A stretch of DNA of 64,000 nucleotides from a virus (taxonomy: Duplodnaviria > Caudoviricetes): positions 5,031 to 69,030 of the IMG/VR virus record IMGVR_UViG_3300020017_000193; one strand, written 5' to 3'. Position 1 is the stretch's first letter. Each line of letters opens with the position of its first letter. Below, piece by piece: positions 63,389 to 64,000 of this stretch. The translations under genes and the position numbers were made by a program. The notes beneath the pieces are model-generated. The model saw only the letters and a list, made by a program, of their open reading frames with translations, had not been told where the DNA came from and ran no database searches.

Positions 63389-64000
63389 ATTTTCTGTATC
63401 AGCTCCGGTCCTTTGTTCCGTACATTACCTACGGCCGTGTCGACCTTGAACCACTCGAAGGCCTCGGCCGGCTCGCCCTGGTGCAGAACCATCTGCTCGG
63501 CGCGCTCCTTGGGCGTGGCCGGGTCCAGCCATTCCCTAGCCAGGTCCGGCGTCAGCACCACGGGCCGCCGGTCGTGGATCTCCACCATTCCGCCGGCGCT
63601 GTCGGCGGTGATGATCACGAAGCCGTCATGCTCGCCTGGGCCTTCGTCGCTGTCGGGCAGTTGGCCAATGGCGGCGCACAGCACCGGCGCGCCATTCCGC
63701 CGGCGGATCAGGTAGGGCTGTTTCTTCGGCCCGCCTTCATCCACCCACTCAAACCAGTTATCGACGGGTGTGATTGCCCGGTGTGGCCAGATCGCGCGGA
63801 AGAACGGGCCGTGGGCCACCTTCTCTACGCGGGCATTGATCGGTGCAGCACGGTCCTTGGCCCAGTGCGGTCGCCATCCCCAGCGCACCAGGTCGGCATG
63901 CAGCAGATCGCCCTGCAGGTGGAGCAGGGCGACTTGGGTTGTCGGCGCGACGTTGTACCGCTCCAGGGGCTACTCACCCACGGAGTTCGCTAGGGCATTT
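63382..64000 (-). pseudogene. yedK: SOS response-associated peptidase (SRAP/YedK) with a premature TAG; 5' end outside the window
   Basis: RYNVAPT, RWG, NARVE, FEW, IHDRRP motifs; in-frame TAG at 63970-63972 (NSVGE*PLERYNVAP). Confidence 0.8.

Noticed and set aside
1-64000. CRISPR arrays, tRNA/rRNA genes, IS transposases
   Set aside because: No regularly spaced repeats, cloverleaf-like sequences or transposase motifs were seen by eye; tRNAscan-SE and CRISPRCasFinder would confirm.

Overview
Almost the whole window is one lambdoid, long-tailed (siphovirus-type) temperate prophage. The gene families point to a Pseudomonas host (inference). Order from left to right: (1) a partial DUF4224 excisionase-like gene at the left edge, with the integrase presumably just outside the window; (2) a leftward early operon with Dam- and Dcm-type methylases, Gp157, a Rad52-like annealing protein, a GHKL ATPase and a LuxR-type HTH, interrupted by several rightward AT-rich morons; (3) an enlarged immunity region with OL/OR operators (TTAAGCATGCTTAA-like), a lipoprotein/membrane gene cluster, RhuM, cI, an unlisted 59-aa cro and no recognisable cII; (4) replication (O-like protein with iterons, DnaC-like loader), ninB/ninG and a Q-position gene; (5) late genes: Com plus a beta-propeller, holin, an Ntn-hydrolase, terminase, portal, capsid and a lambda-like tail with a G-GGA-AAC frameshift site; (6) a ~9 kb accessory block between the tail chaperones and the tape measure gene (NYN nuclease, an unannotated 3-gene operon, a HIRAN protein, a P22 immI-like arc/arc/Rha/KilA-N module, a helical protein + HEPN pair); (7) J, tail fibre, GH19 endolysin and Rz/Rz1. 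The right end is relic-rich: a frameshifted RepL-like fragment, a second Rz C-terminus and an SRAP gene with an in-frame amber stop. All family assignments come from motif recognition by eye; no database searches were run. No tRNA, rRNA or CRISPR array was seen.
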